NCBI GenBank assembly: GCA_038087875.1
Contig: JAXLNO010003607.1
Span: 1 to 64,000 of the forward strand
Direction of reading: 5' to 3'
From: Malacoraja senta
Lineage: Eukaryota
Length of the DNA: 64,000 bases
Shown here: piece by piece, positions 13,447-26,112 of the stretch
How positions within the stretch are numbered: the first letter of the stretch is position 1
Layout of the letters: the number at the start of each line of letters is the position of its first letter
The notes under the pieces: model-generated
The model's input: only the letters and a program-made list of their open reading frames with translations
Database searches by the model: none
Told to the model about the DNA's origin: nothing
Translations under genes and position numbers: made by a program

Positions 13447-14199
13447 TAGAGACATTGATTGATTGAAAGATACAGCATTGAAACAACCTCTTTGGCCCAC
13501 CGAGTCCATGCTGGCCATCGATCACCCCTTCACACTGGTTCACAGGACTTTGGTGTATCCACATCTGCAGTACTGGATACAATTTGTAGATTTTCCCTCC
13601 TGGTTTAAGCATTGATTTATTGCGTTGGGGGGAGTTCAGGGAAGATTCACTAAGTTAATTGCAAAATCAAATAAATATTATTGCAAGCATTTTTGACGTG
13701 CTCGTTGGATGGAATACAGCAGAAAGAGAGGTTTCGTTGAAATGTAAACGGCTCTGAGGGAGATAGGCAGGTGGGTTGGAAGGAACTGCAGATGCTGGTT
13801 TACACTGAAGATGGACACAAAATGCTGGAGTAACTCAGCCGGACAGGCAGTTTAAAGTAGGTGTTGATTTTATCTCCTAGTTGTGAAATGTAGAACAAAG
13901 GGTTTAAGAAGGAACTGCAGATGCTGGAAAATCGAAGGTACACAAAAATGCTGGAGAAACTCAGCGGGTGCAGCAGCAACTATGGAGCGAAGGAAATAGG
14001 CAACGTTTCGGGCCGAAACCCTTCTTCAGACAAAGAGACAAAGGGAACAAAGTAGAATAAAGGGACCTGATTCAGATAAGGAGACCATTTGGGATAGCGG
14101 GGGGTGGAAGCACAGACATGATGGGCCACACAGGGACACACACACAGTGACAGACTTACACACAAATATATGGATAGGATAGGAACTATGGTATTGCCC

Positions 14200-15545
14200 C
14201 CAATACCATATACTCTAATTTTATCCCACTAATCTCCTGCGTGGGACCTTATTAAAGGCTTTCTGAAAGTCCAGGTATATACACTACTTCAACTGGCTCT
14301 CCCTTGTCCATTTTACTTGTTACATCCTCAAAAAATTCCAGAAGATTCGTCAAGCAAGATTTCCCCTTCGTACATCCATGCTGACTTTAGCAATGTTACA
14401 AAATTTTGAGATTTAAAAAATAAAGTCTGCAATTTATCCCATCAGATAAAGCATAAAAAGAAGTTTAATTTGACACTTAATTCACTTTCATATCTTCAGT
14501 ATTAAAAAAGTTATGGCCATTATCATACTCAGAAATTAGCATCTAGTTCCCTATTGCTTTTCCATTGACTTAACACAAAAGCTGTGATCGAGGACAGTTA
14601 AAAGCCCATAACTTTCTTAAAAATTATGGTAACTGAAAGAAATTTTCAGGTATTATAGATTGAAGCATTCTGAAACAAGTATGAAACAATCTTACTTCGA
14701 AGACATGAAAGTAAAGCATATAATTAGTTAGTTACCTAATTGTAGCTAATTACAAAATTCAATTACTAGATCTAAACATCTATCAATTTCTTAAGAATAG
14801 ATTAACATTTTTAAATAGCCTAAGTGTCCAAATAACATTCACACAATAATTCACAATATAACATAATTTTTTAATCTAATTTTCATGAATTTACAGGCCA
14901 AATGGAAGGAATTGAATGTTTAATACCTGTAAATTAATGGGGATTTAATTCATCTTGCGAGTGAGAATTTCTGGAACGCGATCTTTTGGAACGTTCATTT
15001 GCGGTGAATTTAACCCCGTATTGGCATGAAAAATACTGCCGTTAATTCGGGGAATAAAATCACCGTGTCGCATGACAAAATGTGAATTAAAGGCTTCTTA
15101 AGAAGCACTTTTATACATTTAAAGAAAGCACTTTCGTTTACCTGTCCATTGTGTGAAATCCGTCCCCGTTATTGGCGTTGACGCTTCAGGAGCTGATTTT
15201 AAAATGACTGTAGCGCTGACATTGACGATTTAATAAATTAAAAAAAATCACAAAACGCGGGTAGGAACGATTTTGTCAGCGAAGTTTTGTACTCCAACAA
15301 AATATTTCCAGGACAAGGGAGAAGAAACCGCGTTTTAACCCCGCCCCCCCCTTAAAGGCGCCAAAATCGCGCACACCGGCCAGTGGCAGAATTACAGCGC
15401 GACTGAAGGTAAGTTTTGTAACATACCTACTGACTTGGACCGATCCTGTTACTGTTATCCAAATGTGCCGCTATTGCATCTTTAATAATTGACTCCAGCA
15501 TCTTCCCCACCACCGGTCAGGCTAACTGGTCTATAATTCCCTAGT
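14200..15545 (-). mobile_element. CR1 RT fragment interrupted by a DNA transposon
   Basis: Minus strand NYRPVSLT..GKMLESIIK.....HLD...IGP|SQHG...LDFQKAF, continuous across 14388-15429. Confidence 0.8.
14388..15429. mobile_element. Non-autonomous DNA transposon (hAT-like) with a 7-bp TSD
   Basis: TIRs TAGCAATGTTACAAAA and TTTTGTAACATACCTA (14/16 match). Exact direct repeat CTGACTT at 14381-14387 and 15430-15436. AT-rich, no ORF. Confidence 0.85.
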
Positions 15546-15898
15546 TGGCTGAAAATTGGCAACAAAATGGAGGTTTGTGTGCATCGTTCTTGGACAATGT
15601 GGCATGGGTGAGAGCAGCAACGTGCAGTGTCCTGTTGTGATGCGGCTTGAAAATTCATGATTCACCATGGCAACCGTGGTGCGACAGGATGCATTGTCAG
15701 TCTCTACAAGCTCCTGCTCTGTGCTATGGAAATTTATACATCAATTATTCAGGGTAGAAACGCTGTTGGTGTCAATGCAAACACTGTGGTTTCTTGCACA
15801 ACCATTGTGTGACTAATAAGCCGGTGTGCAGTAGGATTTCTTGCACTTGTTTGAAGAGCAGAGCCCACTGATAGCAAAGCAGCATTGAAATCCCTTAT

Positions 15899-16785
15899 AG
15901 ACACAGAGTGCTGGAGTAACTCAGCGGGTCAGGCAGCATCTCTGGAGAACATGGATAGGTGACGTTTCACAGAGTGCTGGAGTAACTCAGCGGGTCAGGC
16001 AGCATATTTGGAGAACATGGATATGTGATGTTTCAGGTCAGAACCTGAAAACACCACCTATTCTGTTTCTCCAGAGATACTGCCTGACCCGCTGAGTTAC
16101 TTCAGCACTTTGTGTCTGTCTTGGTATAAACCAGCATTTTCCTACACATGAAATCCTTGTATATCTACAAAAAGACGCAGAGTGCTGGAGTAACTCAGTG
16201 GGTCAGGCAGCATCTCTGGAGAAAAGGAATAGGTGACGTTTCAGATCGGGTCCCTCCTTCGGACTGATTGTGGGATGGGCGGGCAGGTGGGTGGGGGAGA
16301 GAGAATGCCGGCACAGAGGAGGAACGGGACAAAGTGGTCAGATGTTATACCGTATATTCCATTTGGATCGCTTACAACCCAACAGTATGAGCATTGAATA
16401 CAACCCCCTCCCGTTTCTGCCAGTCCCCCCCGCCCCCTCCCCTGTGCCCCCACCTGGACTCGCACCTTTTCCTCCCCCTCCCCCTACATTCTTGCTCAAG
16501 ATGGACAATTCACAACTCTTCAATCCTTTTGTCTCACACATTCTGTTTTTTTTATCTATGGCCTTTGCCCAACTATCTGCCAACCGCAAGCCCACCTCTC
16601 CTGCCCCACACTCTCCTATCACACTCACTTCTAGCTTTCTTCCCCCTCAACAATCAGTCTGAAGAAGGGTCCCAACCTGAAAGGTCACCTATCCCTGCTC
16701 TCCAGAGATGCTGCCTGACCTTCAGAGTTACGTCTTTGTGAAGACGTGTCTTTGTTGGAAACCAGCAACTGTGGTTCCTTGTTTC
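15899..16785. repeat. Cluster of Penelope-type short repeats in inverted pairs
   Basis: tgctggagtaactcagcgggtcaggcagcatct units face their reverse complements at 15899-16150 and 16170-16785. Confidence 0.7.
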
Positions 16786-17584
16786 TCCCTTTTAATTCTG
16801 TTGCGTTAATATCCTGCCCATCGTTTGCATTATTGCACCATGTGAATGCCCCAGTTGGGCCAGCATAGATTTGATGGGCCAAATGGCCACCTATGAAGTA
16901 AAGAAATAAGGGAGACATATCTCCAATGACATAACTCAGCAGCAATCTACTCCGGACTTTGTGTAGGTAACACCACATACTGTGGTTTGCATTATTAAGG
17001 TGTGCTTTACCTGGAACTGATAATTTGTGTTTAGCAGCATGGAAACACACCCTTTGGCCCACCGAGTCCACTCTGCGCATTAATCACCTGTTCACACTAG
17101 TTCTATGTTATCCCACTTTCTCATCCACTTCATACACTACGGCCAATTAACCTACAAACCTGCACTTCTTTGGAACATGGGAGGAAGTCAGAGCACCTGG
17201 AGTAAACTTACATGGTCACGGGCAAACTCCACACAGACAGCACCTGTAGTCAGGATTGAACCAGGGTTTCTGGTGCTGTGAGGCAGTAGCTCTCCAACTG
17301 CACCACCGTGCCACACTGAATATGTATTTGTTGCATTTTTGCCTGTAAAGCTGAATTGTTCCCCAGCCTGTGTGTGTTTATGATAATTCAACATGTTTGA
17401 CTCTTTATATCTGGTATTTGGCTCAGTTGTACGTGTGTCAATGTAGTGAGCAAGGTTTTCACATCTTCACCTGAGCAGCAGCTTGTGCAAACATCTGCAG
17501 GGCACATCCCTTATCCAGGACGTGGTCCGTTGTGGGGGATCTGTTGGTCGGCGCCCACTCTCACGGGTCTTGTTTCTCCCACAG

Positions 17585-17788
17585 CACAAGCACTGCAGCC
17601 CGGCAGCACTGGAGATGTATTACTCACAACAGGAGACTGGACCAAGGGGAAGCCTCCACACCGTCATTAGCCACTTAAACCAGGCCAAGAGAACCATCCC
17701 CAATCTCTCCTCACCATGGCTACCAGTGCTTCCTGCCTTGAAAGCACCAGCAAGATCAAAGGACCAGCTGGACGCCCCTCATCATTAG
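17585..17788 (+). CDS. CALY: Calcyon last coding exon (HKHCSPAALEMYYSQQ...DAPHH*)
   Basis: tttctcccacag|CAC acceptor, LEMYY motif as in calcyon, TAG stop ending at 17788. The spliced CDS is 43+40+38+67 = 188 aa. Confidence 0.92.
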   Translation, partial: HKHCSPAALEMYYSQQETGPRGSLHTVISHLNQAKRTIPNLSSPWLPVLPALKAPARSKDQLDAPHH

Positions 17789-17887
17789 AGGAGTCGAGAA
17801 GGAGAACACCTTAATCTCCTCTTGTTTATTGAAGTACTCCAGCATTATATCAATCTCCTTGCCAGGAGCCAGGCTTTCTATTGGGGA

Positions 17888-18022
17888 TGTGTGTGAGTGT
17901 TTGTGTGAATGCCTGAGTCTGTGAGTGTGTCTGTGCAATATTGTAGGTGTGTGCACATGCATAGTGTGTGTGGTCATTTGTTTCTGTCTGTGCAATAGTG
18001 TGCATGAGAGAGTGTTCATCTT

Positions 18023-18054
<32 letters not shown>

Positions 18055-18078
18055 TGTGTGTGTTTGTCTGTGTGTAGT
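17888..18078 (+). repeat. (TG)-rich tract in the CALY 3' UTR
   Basis: Degenerate TG repeats including a perfect run at about 18023-18043. Confidence 0.85.
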
Positions 18079-20847
18079 TTTGTTCACCCGAGTCTGGTGT
18101 ATCAGAGAGACACACAGAGATGAGGAGAAAACCACAATCAAATCATACAATATAATTAACTTGGTCGGTTTGCCCAGTTAATGTTGGGGTCAAAGTGAAG
18201 GTTAACGTGGCCAGTCATGTATAATCCAACCTGACTGGGCAGAACTGAACTGTAAATGCATTTTCATGCAAATCAGCTTCAGGGACCAGGTTTAAGGGCC
18301 TGTGGAATAAATTGTGCAATCCTGCAATGTAATTAGGCCACAGTTGGTCCATTCTAACTCCTGCTAGCTACTTCAATGCTCGCCAGTATTTCTGTGATGG
18401 TGTTGTGATTGTTTCCATTGTTGCACCATACTCCAGTTCCCAAATGCGATTGGCTTCCTCCTTCTCCCCGACCCAACGGCAGAGTGCTTGTTCTCTCTTT
18501 AGAGTCCCGCAGTTAGAGCAGGAAGGGGTGCCTGAATTAAAGGGCCTGATCATCAGAGTTACAGCTGAGGAATAATTAGGTGATTCACAGATGCAGGCTC
18601 ACATTAATAGCCAAACATGTAGATTTCTTGCAGCTCTGCACTGGTGATGGAACCAAATGTTGGTCAGAGCCATGGATCAGTCTGGCAACAAGGAGGGGGT
18701 AACTCGCTTGGACAACGGCGTGGATGGCAGATGGATGGAATCCCCACACTGCAGATACTGGGTGACGAGTATGTGAACAATGACGATTTAAATGCATAAT
18801 GTTATTTGCTTATTTATCTCCCCCCCCCCCTCCCCTTCTATTTTCCCACCTACCTGGCCAGCATACTATTGATCTTGTCCTTGTGACATGCACTGTGCTG
18901 GCATTACTCCTGTACCTACACTGTAGCCCAGTGCCAGGATCGCCAAGTGTTACCATCTCCGGCATCGCCATGCCTACCACCGTTAAAACTGTCTTGATTT
19001 ACAGTAATAATGAAATGTGATTTGTTTTCTGTGGTTTACGAACAATTTTGGTCTTCAGTAATTGTAATTAATTTTAAGTCCAGTTTCCTGCAGTCACAAT
19101 GTTTGATTTAAACATCCTTATGACTGGGTTCATATCAGGATGTCAGAGAGGAGGCAAACAGAAGGGCAATCTTTCCACTCTGAGGGCAGTGCTTATCTGG
19201 AACGAGCTGCCAGAGAAAGCTATGGAAGTACATAATAATACAACTTGTAAAAGACATTTGGATAGATGTGTGAATAGGAGGGGTTTATGGGCCAAACGCA
19301 GGCAAATTAGCCCAGTATGCCAGCATGGACAATGTAGGCCGAAGGGCCTGTTTCCGTGCTGTACAACTCTGACTATGTTGACACACCCACCAGTAAATCC
19401 ACATGAGGAGGGACTGGGCAGTGGAGAGACTGAATGGGGCAGTAGGGGAAACTCTGCCAGTAGGGGAAAGTAAACGACACATTCTGTCCGGCTTGTCCAG
19501 CAACATAATCTCATAGTTGTGAGGGAAGAGCAGTATCCAATGCACTTGGCAGTTTTTCACAGCAAAGGGTCCATCAGTCTGAAGAAAGGTCCCATCCCGA
19601 TACATCGTCTATTCCTTCTCTCCAGAGATCATGCCTGTCCCGCTGAGTTACTCCAGCACGTTGTGTGTTTTTTTTCTCAGAGTCCTGAGCAATAGGGCAG
19701 ACAGTTCAGCCCTGCCATTGACCACTGACCACTGCCTTCTCATTGCCAAATGAGTAGTTCTACAGAGCTGGGTAGATGCACAAAGCTCCTTCAAGCTGCC
19801 CAGAACAGTGATACTTGGAGTTCAGCAGCAGACTGGGCCATGCAGATTCCCCCCCCACCATCGATTGGTCTCTGGAAGCTGGCTGTCCGAGGATGCACTC
19901 AGACTAACAAGCAGACCTAAGGAGAAATGTGGCAGGCCGTGTTGACTGGGTACCTTCAGGGGATCACTGTGTTTAAAGGGCACGCAGTTTAATCCAGCTC
20001 TGAGTTGGGGGGGGTGGGGGTGGGTGGGGGGGGTGGGGGGGGGGGGGGCGTATATGAGAACACAGAACACAAATCTGCTCCAAGCTTCCACCTTGCATTG
20101 TAGATTACCAGTTGAGGATTAGGTATCACCTGCTCAGATGTGAGTCAAGATTGACACAAAAAGCTGGAGTAACTCAATGGCCAGGCAGCACATCGGGAAA
20201 AAAGGAATAGGTGATGTTTCGGGTTGAGACCCTTCCTCAGACTTCTCCAGAGATGTTGCTGGGATACTCCAGAATTTTGTATCCATCTTCAGTGTAAACC
20301 TGAATCTGGTTTCTTCCTGCACACAGATGTGAGGAGTCAATCTCACTGGGCAGATGTGTGAATGGGATCACACTGGGCAGATAGGATCACTAGACAGATG
20401 TGTGGATGGGATCATATTGGACAGATGTGAGGATTGTCTCACTGAACAGATGTTGCTGCGGGGTGCCTAAAACGGGATGCAGCTTGCAGCAGATGTGTGG
20501 CGCTGGTCTGCGTGTCGGTATGACCTGCTGTGCCACTAATGCGATCTCCTCTTCCTGTCACATTCACTTGTGAGAAGCAGCACAGGAGCTGACAGGTTTT
20601 TAATTAAGTTGCTGCAGGTCGCCTTTGTTTGTCTAAAAATCTAATGAGACGTTGCTTCTAATAAGTGTAGTGAATGTTGTAATACTGTTGTGATATCTCA
20701 GTCAGCAATCGTCTTAGCACCAGCCAATGTTCACTGTGTGACTCTGTTAATTTAGCTTGTATGTATTTATAGATCTTATGAGTTGGGCATTGCAGCCTGA
20801 CTTTGGAGTGTTTTAAGTGCCAAATGGAGATTACCTGCTTTGAAACC

Positions 20848-20858
20848 AATAAAATAAA
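20848..20858 (+). promoter_or_regulatory. Candidate poly(A) signal for CALY (overlapping AATAAA pair)
   Basis: AATAAAATAAA at the end of a U-rich, UTR-like tract. A proximal AATAAA near 18306 is an alternative. Confidence 0.35.
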
Positions 20859-23800
20859 TGGACTGATTTCTCTTCAGATACGAGTTCCTTGGCCTCTGAA
20901 TATTCATGACCTGCTTCTCCAGAGAGTTTAGTGTCTGTGGTAAGCTGTAGCCAAAGTTACTGCCCCAACATTGCAGTCAATGGACTGAGAATGGCAGGTC
21001 ACCCCTTGCAACTCACCGATAGAGTTGTGGGAAGCTGCACACACAGCTAAAAGACAAAGGAGACTTTACTTTGGGGTGTAAAGTATTTTTTTTAGAGAAA
21101 CAGCGTGGAAATAAGCGCTTTGGCCCACCAAGTCCATGCCGACCAGCAATTAATCTGTTCACACTAGTTCTATCCTACAAACTAGGGACAATTTATAATT
21201 TTACCAAAGTCAATTATCCTATGTACCCGTACATCTTTCAAGGGAACTGGAGCACCCAGAGAAAACGACGCGGGAGAACGTACAAACTCCGTACAGACAG
21301 CACCCATCATCAGGTTCGAACCCGGGTCTCTGGTGCTGTAGCTGTGCCGCCCCAGTGTTTATGCTGAAAGGGGTGGTAATGGATAGGGTGGAGTTCCAAA
21401 ATAACTCCTCATTGTCATGTGATCCATTATTGACGTGTAGGGAAATAAATCAAAATCTTGTTCTGCTTGCTATCCAGTCAACGCATGCTGTACATGTCAG
21501 AGTATTGAATATAGAAGTTGGGAGGTCATGTTACAGTTGTACGAGACGTTGGTGAGGCCACATTTAGTGTAATGTATTCAGTTTTAGTCACCTGTTATAG
21601 GAAATATGTTGTTAGCTGGAAATGGTGGAGAAAAGATTTACAAGGATGTTGCCAGGACTCAAGGCATGAGCTATAGGGAGAGGTTGAGCAGGCTAGGACT
21701 CTATTCCTTGAAGCACAGGAGGATAAGGGGTGATCTTATAGAGGTGTATAAAATTTCTCTCATGATTGGTGGGAATGAAGAATGAGAGGACATTAGGCTT
21801 ACGTGAGGGGTGGGGGACAAAGGGGGGGTATATGGAACCAACTGCCAGAGGAGGTAGTTGAGGCAGATACTTTCACGACATTTAAGAAACATTTAGACAG
21901 GTACATGGATAGGAGAGGTTTAGAGGAAAGAGACACAAATCTGGAGTAACTCAGCGAGTCAGACAGCATCTCTGGAGAAAAGGAATAGATGACGTTTCGG
22001 GAAAAGCATCCGTAGTCAGGATGGAACCTGGGTCTCTGGCGCTGTAAGGCAACAACTCCACCACTGTGTCGGCAACGGTTGACCAAGTGAAAGATATCAG
22101 AGATTGGAATTAATATAGTGCGGCAGGACCCACAGAGAGAGAGGTTGGGAGATGGGGCTACTCCCTTGCATAGAGTATCAGTCACTAGTTTGTCTGATGA
22201 GAGCTGGTCTGCGGTTTGTTGAGCAGTAATGTGTGTGTTTTGAGTTACAGGTGCTACCTTCTCTGAGCAGCTGATTGAGAAGCCGTGACACCACTGCACT
22301 GGTTGTGAGGCAGCAACTAAGTCTGTTCTGGGATTTTAATGAGGTTTCCCTCCCCCCCTCTATCAGCATGCCATCAAAGTAAAGGAAACTGATTTCCTGT
22401 ATAATCAGTAGCTAAAAGGTGTTTTGAAACTTGCAAGGACTTCAAAAGACTTCCTGTGCTGCTGTCTTACGGGAAAATGTGCAATTTTTAAATTGAGATT
22501 TCCTTTCATATTTAGAGTTTTACAAACTATTTCTGACGGGGATGGAGTCGGGAGGTGAAACTGCCCATTAACTTTGATCTGGGGAGTGCTGGAAAGTTCA
22601 GCAAATGCTCTCACTCAACTCCCTGCAAAGTCCAGTCCACAAACTACAGCCACAGGCAAGGACAAGTTCTGCTTTCCCATAAATCAGGTGCTTCTTGTAA
22701 TTATTATGGGCTGACAAGCTGTTTATGGTTTTGCCACTGTGTTAACAGGAATATAGTGGCAATTCTTACAAGATCTGGCTATCTAGTGGTATCAGATCCA
22801 GCGCACCAGCATCGGGAAGCCGCTCAGCGCCTCGGGCTCCACTCAGTGCTGGGCTCTCTTCCCCATTAGGCATTAGGCCATTCGGCCCATCGAGTCTGCT
22901 CCGTGATTCTATCGTGCTGATTTCAAACACTGCTGTGGCAAATAGATGTTCTTCTCAAGAACAAGAATTATCTGATGAAATCGACATTGCTTTTTGTTTG
23001 GAACGTAGCAGGCTGAGGGGTGACCATACTGAGGTTTACAAAATCACTCGGGGCATGGATAAAGTGAACGTTCACAGTTTTTAACTTGTAATATATTAAT
23101 TTAACTCTTAGTCTAAACAAACGTTCTAATTCATTCACGTGATTAATAAACATGTCCACGTTAGAGGTGCCGCTATTACTGTTACAGGAACTGTACACAT
23201 CACATCACACATGTGGTATTATGCACAGTTTTGGTCTCCTAATTTGAGGTAGGACATTCTTGCTATTGAGGGAATGCAGCGTAAGTTCAACAGGTTAATT
23301 CCCGGGATGGCGGGACTGGCATATGATGAAATAATGGGTCAACTGGCCTTGTATTCACTGGAATGTCCAAGTCACCTTGCATCCTCAATGCTATCAGGAT
23401 GCAGGGTGACTTGGACAGGTTGGGTGAGTGGGCAGATGCAGTTTAATGTGGACAAATGTGAGTTTATCCACTTTGGTGGCAAGAACAGGAAGGCAGATTA
23501 TTATCTGAATGGTGTCAAGTTAAGAAAAGGAAGTACAACTAGATCTGGGTGTCCTTGTTCATCTGTCACTGAAAGTAAGTATGCAGGTACAGCAGGCAGT
23601 GAAGAAAGCGAATGGCATGTTGGCCTTCATAACAAATTTAACAAACAGACTGGTCATTCCTTCTTCTCCCTGCTGCTGTGAGGGGAAAGGTACAGAAATC
23701 TGCACCACCAGACGGAGCAACAACTCCTTCTCACTCTGCACTTTTTTGTAGATTGACCGTTTGTGTTACTCCAGTACTTTGTGTCTTGTTTTGTAAACCA

Positions 23801-23939
23801 GCATCTGCAGTTCTTTGGGGATAAACCAATATTGCTAGTGTTATAGGCAGTAGTACCAACATCTCCCTTTTTCCCTGAACTCATGTTGCCCCCTGGGAGA
23901 GTGGACCTTCCCTTGTCCAAGGGGTCACCCTTGGGAGTT

Positions 23940-24260
23940 GGCCCCTCACCCCCTCAATGTTCCTAAATCCCTCAGCATCGTCTGTCCCGCAGTTCCTCGC
24001 TGCCCCTCATCACCTTAGCGTGCCTCATTCCCTCAGTGTCCTCATTCCCTCGGCATCCACCAGACACTCAATGAGCAGCGGTCCCTCATCCCCTGAGTCC
24101 CTCAACATCGGTCAGTGTCCGGTGCTCCCTCAATGACCCTCAGTCTGGCAGTCCCTCAGTGACCAACTGACCCTCAGTGTCCTTCATTCCCTCAGTGACC
24201 AATGGTCCCTCAAAATCTTCCTCAAGTGTCCCTCGTCTCCCTCATTTCCCTCAGTGTCCG
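23940..24260. repeat. Degenerate CCCTCA(GT/TC) pyrimidine-rich repeat
   Basis: Many ccctcagtg/cctcatt-like units directly upstream of the CpG-rich segment. Confidence 0.7.
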
Positions 24261-24339
24261 GCTTGGCGCCAGTGGGGGGGGGCGGTGTCACGCGGGCTCG
24301 TCCTTGGCGCGCTGAAGTTTGACGGGTTTGACGGACAGC

Positions 24340-24475
24340 GGTCTCCGCCAATCGGATGGACTGTCCACCCCATGGACCAACGCCGTGGCCGGAACGAGGT
24401 CCAATGGTCAGCGAGGGGGGCGGGACATGGCGGTGTCTATAAAAGGCGCCGCTGTCCAGGCAGCGTCCGCAGTGG
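24340..24475 (+). promoter_or_regulatory. CpG-rich Pol II promoter of histone-gene type
   Basis: CCAAT 24348-24352, CCAAC 24377-24381, CCAAT 24401-24405, GC box GGGGCGGG 24417-24424, TATAAAA 24438-24444, Inr-like GCAGT with A at 24471. Confidence 0.7.
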
Positions 24476-24630
24476 CCGGAGAAGAACCTCGACGCGCGCC
24501 CCCACCAGGGATCCTTCAAGACACAATCCATCGCTCTGGTCATCCCACTGGTCAGCGAGGCTTCACTGGCCGGACCAGGTCTGCGTTCCGGACACGACCA
24601 ACGGTCAAGGCCAAAGACATCGCCCCTCAC
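24472..24630 (+). pseudogene. Histone H3 pseudogene with a large internal deletion
   Basis: Frameshifted pieces FKTQSIAL..SEASLAG, DQVC and RPTVKAKDI match H3 FQSSAVMAL..SEAYLVG, DTNLC and RVTIMPKDI. Confidence 0.6.
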
Positions 24631-24785
24631 CCCCAATTTAATAAAATATCCTCTCAGGGGTCACTCCTTCCTTCCCACCCGCCCTGTCCACGCACCGACG
24701 GGTCGAGTCCCCTTGAGGAGCGAGCGGTGAGTATGAAGGGGGGTGAGGGCGGGGAGTCTCTTTCCTGTGTCATTCTGCTCCATTG

Positions 24786-24975
24786 ATGGTGTTCGCGGTT
24801 ACACTCACCGGCGCTAAGTCCCCGCAAGTCCAGCTACGCACAAACATCTGCAGGTCATGTTGGCTCCGAGTAGATCCAGCGACCGGCCTTGAAGACGATG
24901 GCGTGGGAGACCGCGACCGAGATGTGCTTCCAGACCGAGATCTTGTCGGAGATCGGTGAGGTTCAGTCTCTTCGG
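24786..24975 (+). pseudogene. Histone H2B-like fragment running into an H3-like fragment
   Basis: KS/RKSSYA, NICR...RVDPATGL and KTM match H2B RSRKESYS, YVYK..QVHPDTGI and KAM. Then WETA-TEMCFQT matches H3 REIA..TDLRFQS. Confidence 0.65.
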
Positions 24976-25084
24976 TAAGAAGAAAAAGAGTTGGAGGAAC
25001 TCAGCGGGTCAGGCAGCATCTGTGGAGGGAATGGACAGACGACGTTTTGGATCGTGACCCTTCAAGACTCCATTCTAGTCTCCA

Positions 25085-25385
25085 TTTAACAGGTCAGTTT
25101 CCGACGACAGCAGGTACCAGAGGTTGATGGTCACCATGGGCTGGAATGACACATCGTTGAAGATCCCAAAGATCAATCTTGCTCCAAGTTCTCTGTGACC
25201 TCCCACACCTGGCGCTGGAGAAGCTGTTGAGGAACAACTTGGTGGGACTTCTTGTCGCCCTGGATCTCCTCCAGATGGTGTGAAGGGGAAAGCATGAAAC
25301 ATCTGCCGACTGATGTGGTTGCCAGCTGTTTGCGAGGAACTTTCCCTCCAAAGACTTGCAGGAAAATGCCACTGGGGCAGATGAT
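25085..25385 (-). pseudogene. Histone H3 pseudogene, left arm of inverted repeat 1
   Basis: Minus strand CKS-GGKVPRKQLATT matches RKSTGGKAPRKQLATK. Further pieces: LEEIQ, TKLFL, LQRQVWEV, SETDL. Confidence 0.8.
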
Positions 25386-25814
25386 GAGTCAGAGCCAGAC
25401 GAGTTTGACAAATTTCATAAACAATCTGTGCAACCCCAAGAGGGATTGGATAGCATGCAACAAAAGCCTTTCACTGTACCTCAGTACACATGACAATATA
25501 AATTAAAGTAAACTAAACTAAATGAATCTAAACTAAATTAATCTAAACTTAACTAAAACATAAAATAAACGTCAGGAACTCGAGCGCCGTTCGTGTAAAA
25601 CCATCGGATTTAAAGCCACATCGGTGGGGACCACACCGGAATTTCTCACTCTGTCCAACAAAGGCCCTAAAAGCGCCACTAGCCACCCCGCCTGCGCTCT
25701 CACCTGTATTTGGGAGTTCTTCGTCAACATTTCCCAATACAACAGGCAGCGATTTGTTGCACATGAGAATCCATGGCGTTTAAGAAATTTGTCAAACTCG
25801 TCTGGCTCTGACTC

Positions 25815-26112
25815 ATCATTTGCCCCAGTGACATTTTCCTGCAGGTCTTCGTAGGGAAAGTTCCTCATAAACAGCTGGCGACCACAACAGTCGGCAGATA
25901 TTTCATGTTTTCCCCTTCACACTGTCTGGAGGAGAACTGGGGCCACAAGAAATCCCACCAACTTGTTCCTCAACAGCTTCTCCAGTGCCAGATGTGGACG
26001 GTCATGCAGAATGTGGAGCAAGATTGGCCTTTGGGATCTTCAACCATGTGTTATTCCAGTCCATGGTGACCATCAACCTCTGCTGTCGTCGTTAACTGAC
26101 CTGGTGAATGGA
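25815..26112 (+). pseudogene. Histone H3 pseudogene, right arm of inverted repeat 1
   Basis: GKVPHKQLATT at about 25855-25890; reverse complement of 25085-25385. Confidence 0.8.

Noticed and set aside
23085-23218. Possible LTR 3' end (AATAAA...CACA-TGTGG)
   Set aside because: No partner LTR, internal domain or TSD is visible, so it cannot be supported.
24177-24786. 150-155-aa ORFs over the CpG island
   Set aside because: Open frames are expected in GC-rich DNA, and the histone-like motifs are scattered over different frames.
24898-25198. Two-exon gene (ATG 24898, gtaaga donor 24975, acceptor ~25092)
   Set aside because: It gives a ~60-aa peptide whose second exon is antisense H3 pseudogene, and sister copies do not keep the frame.
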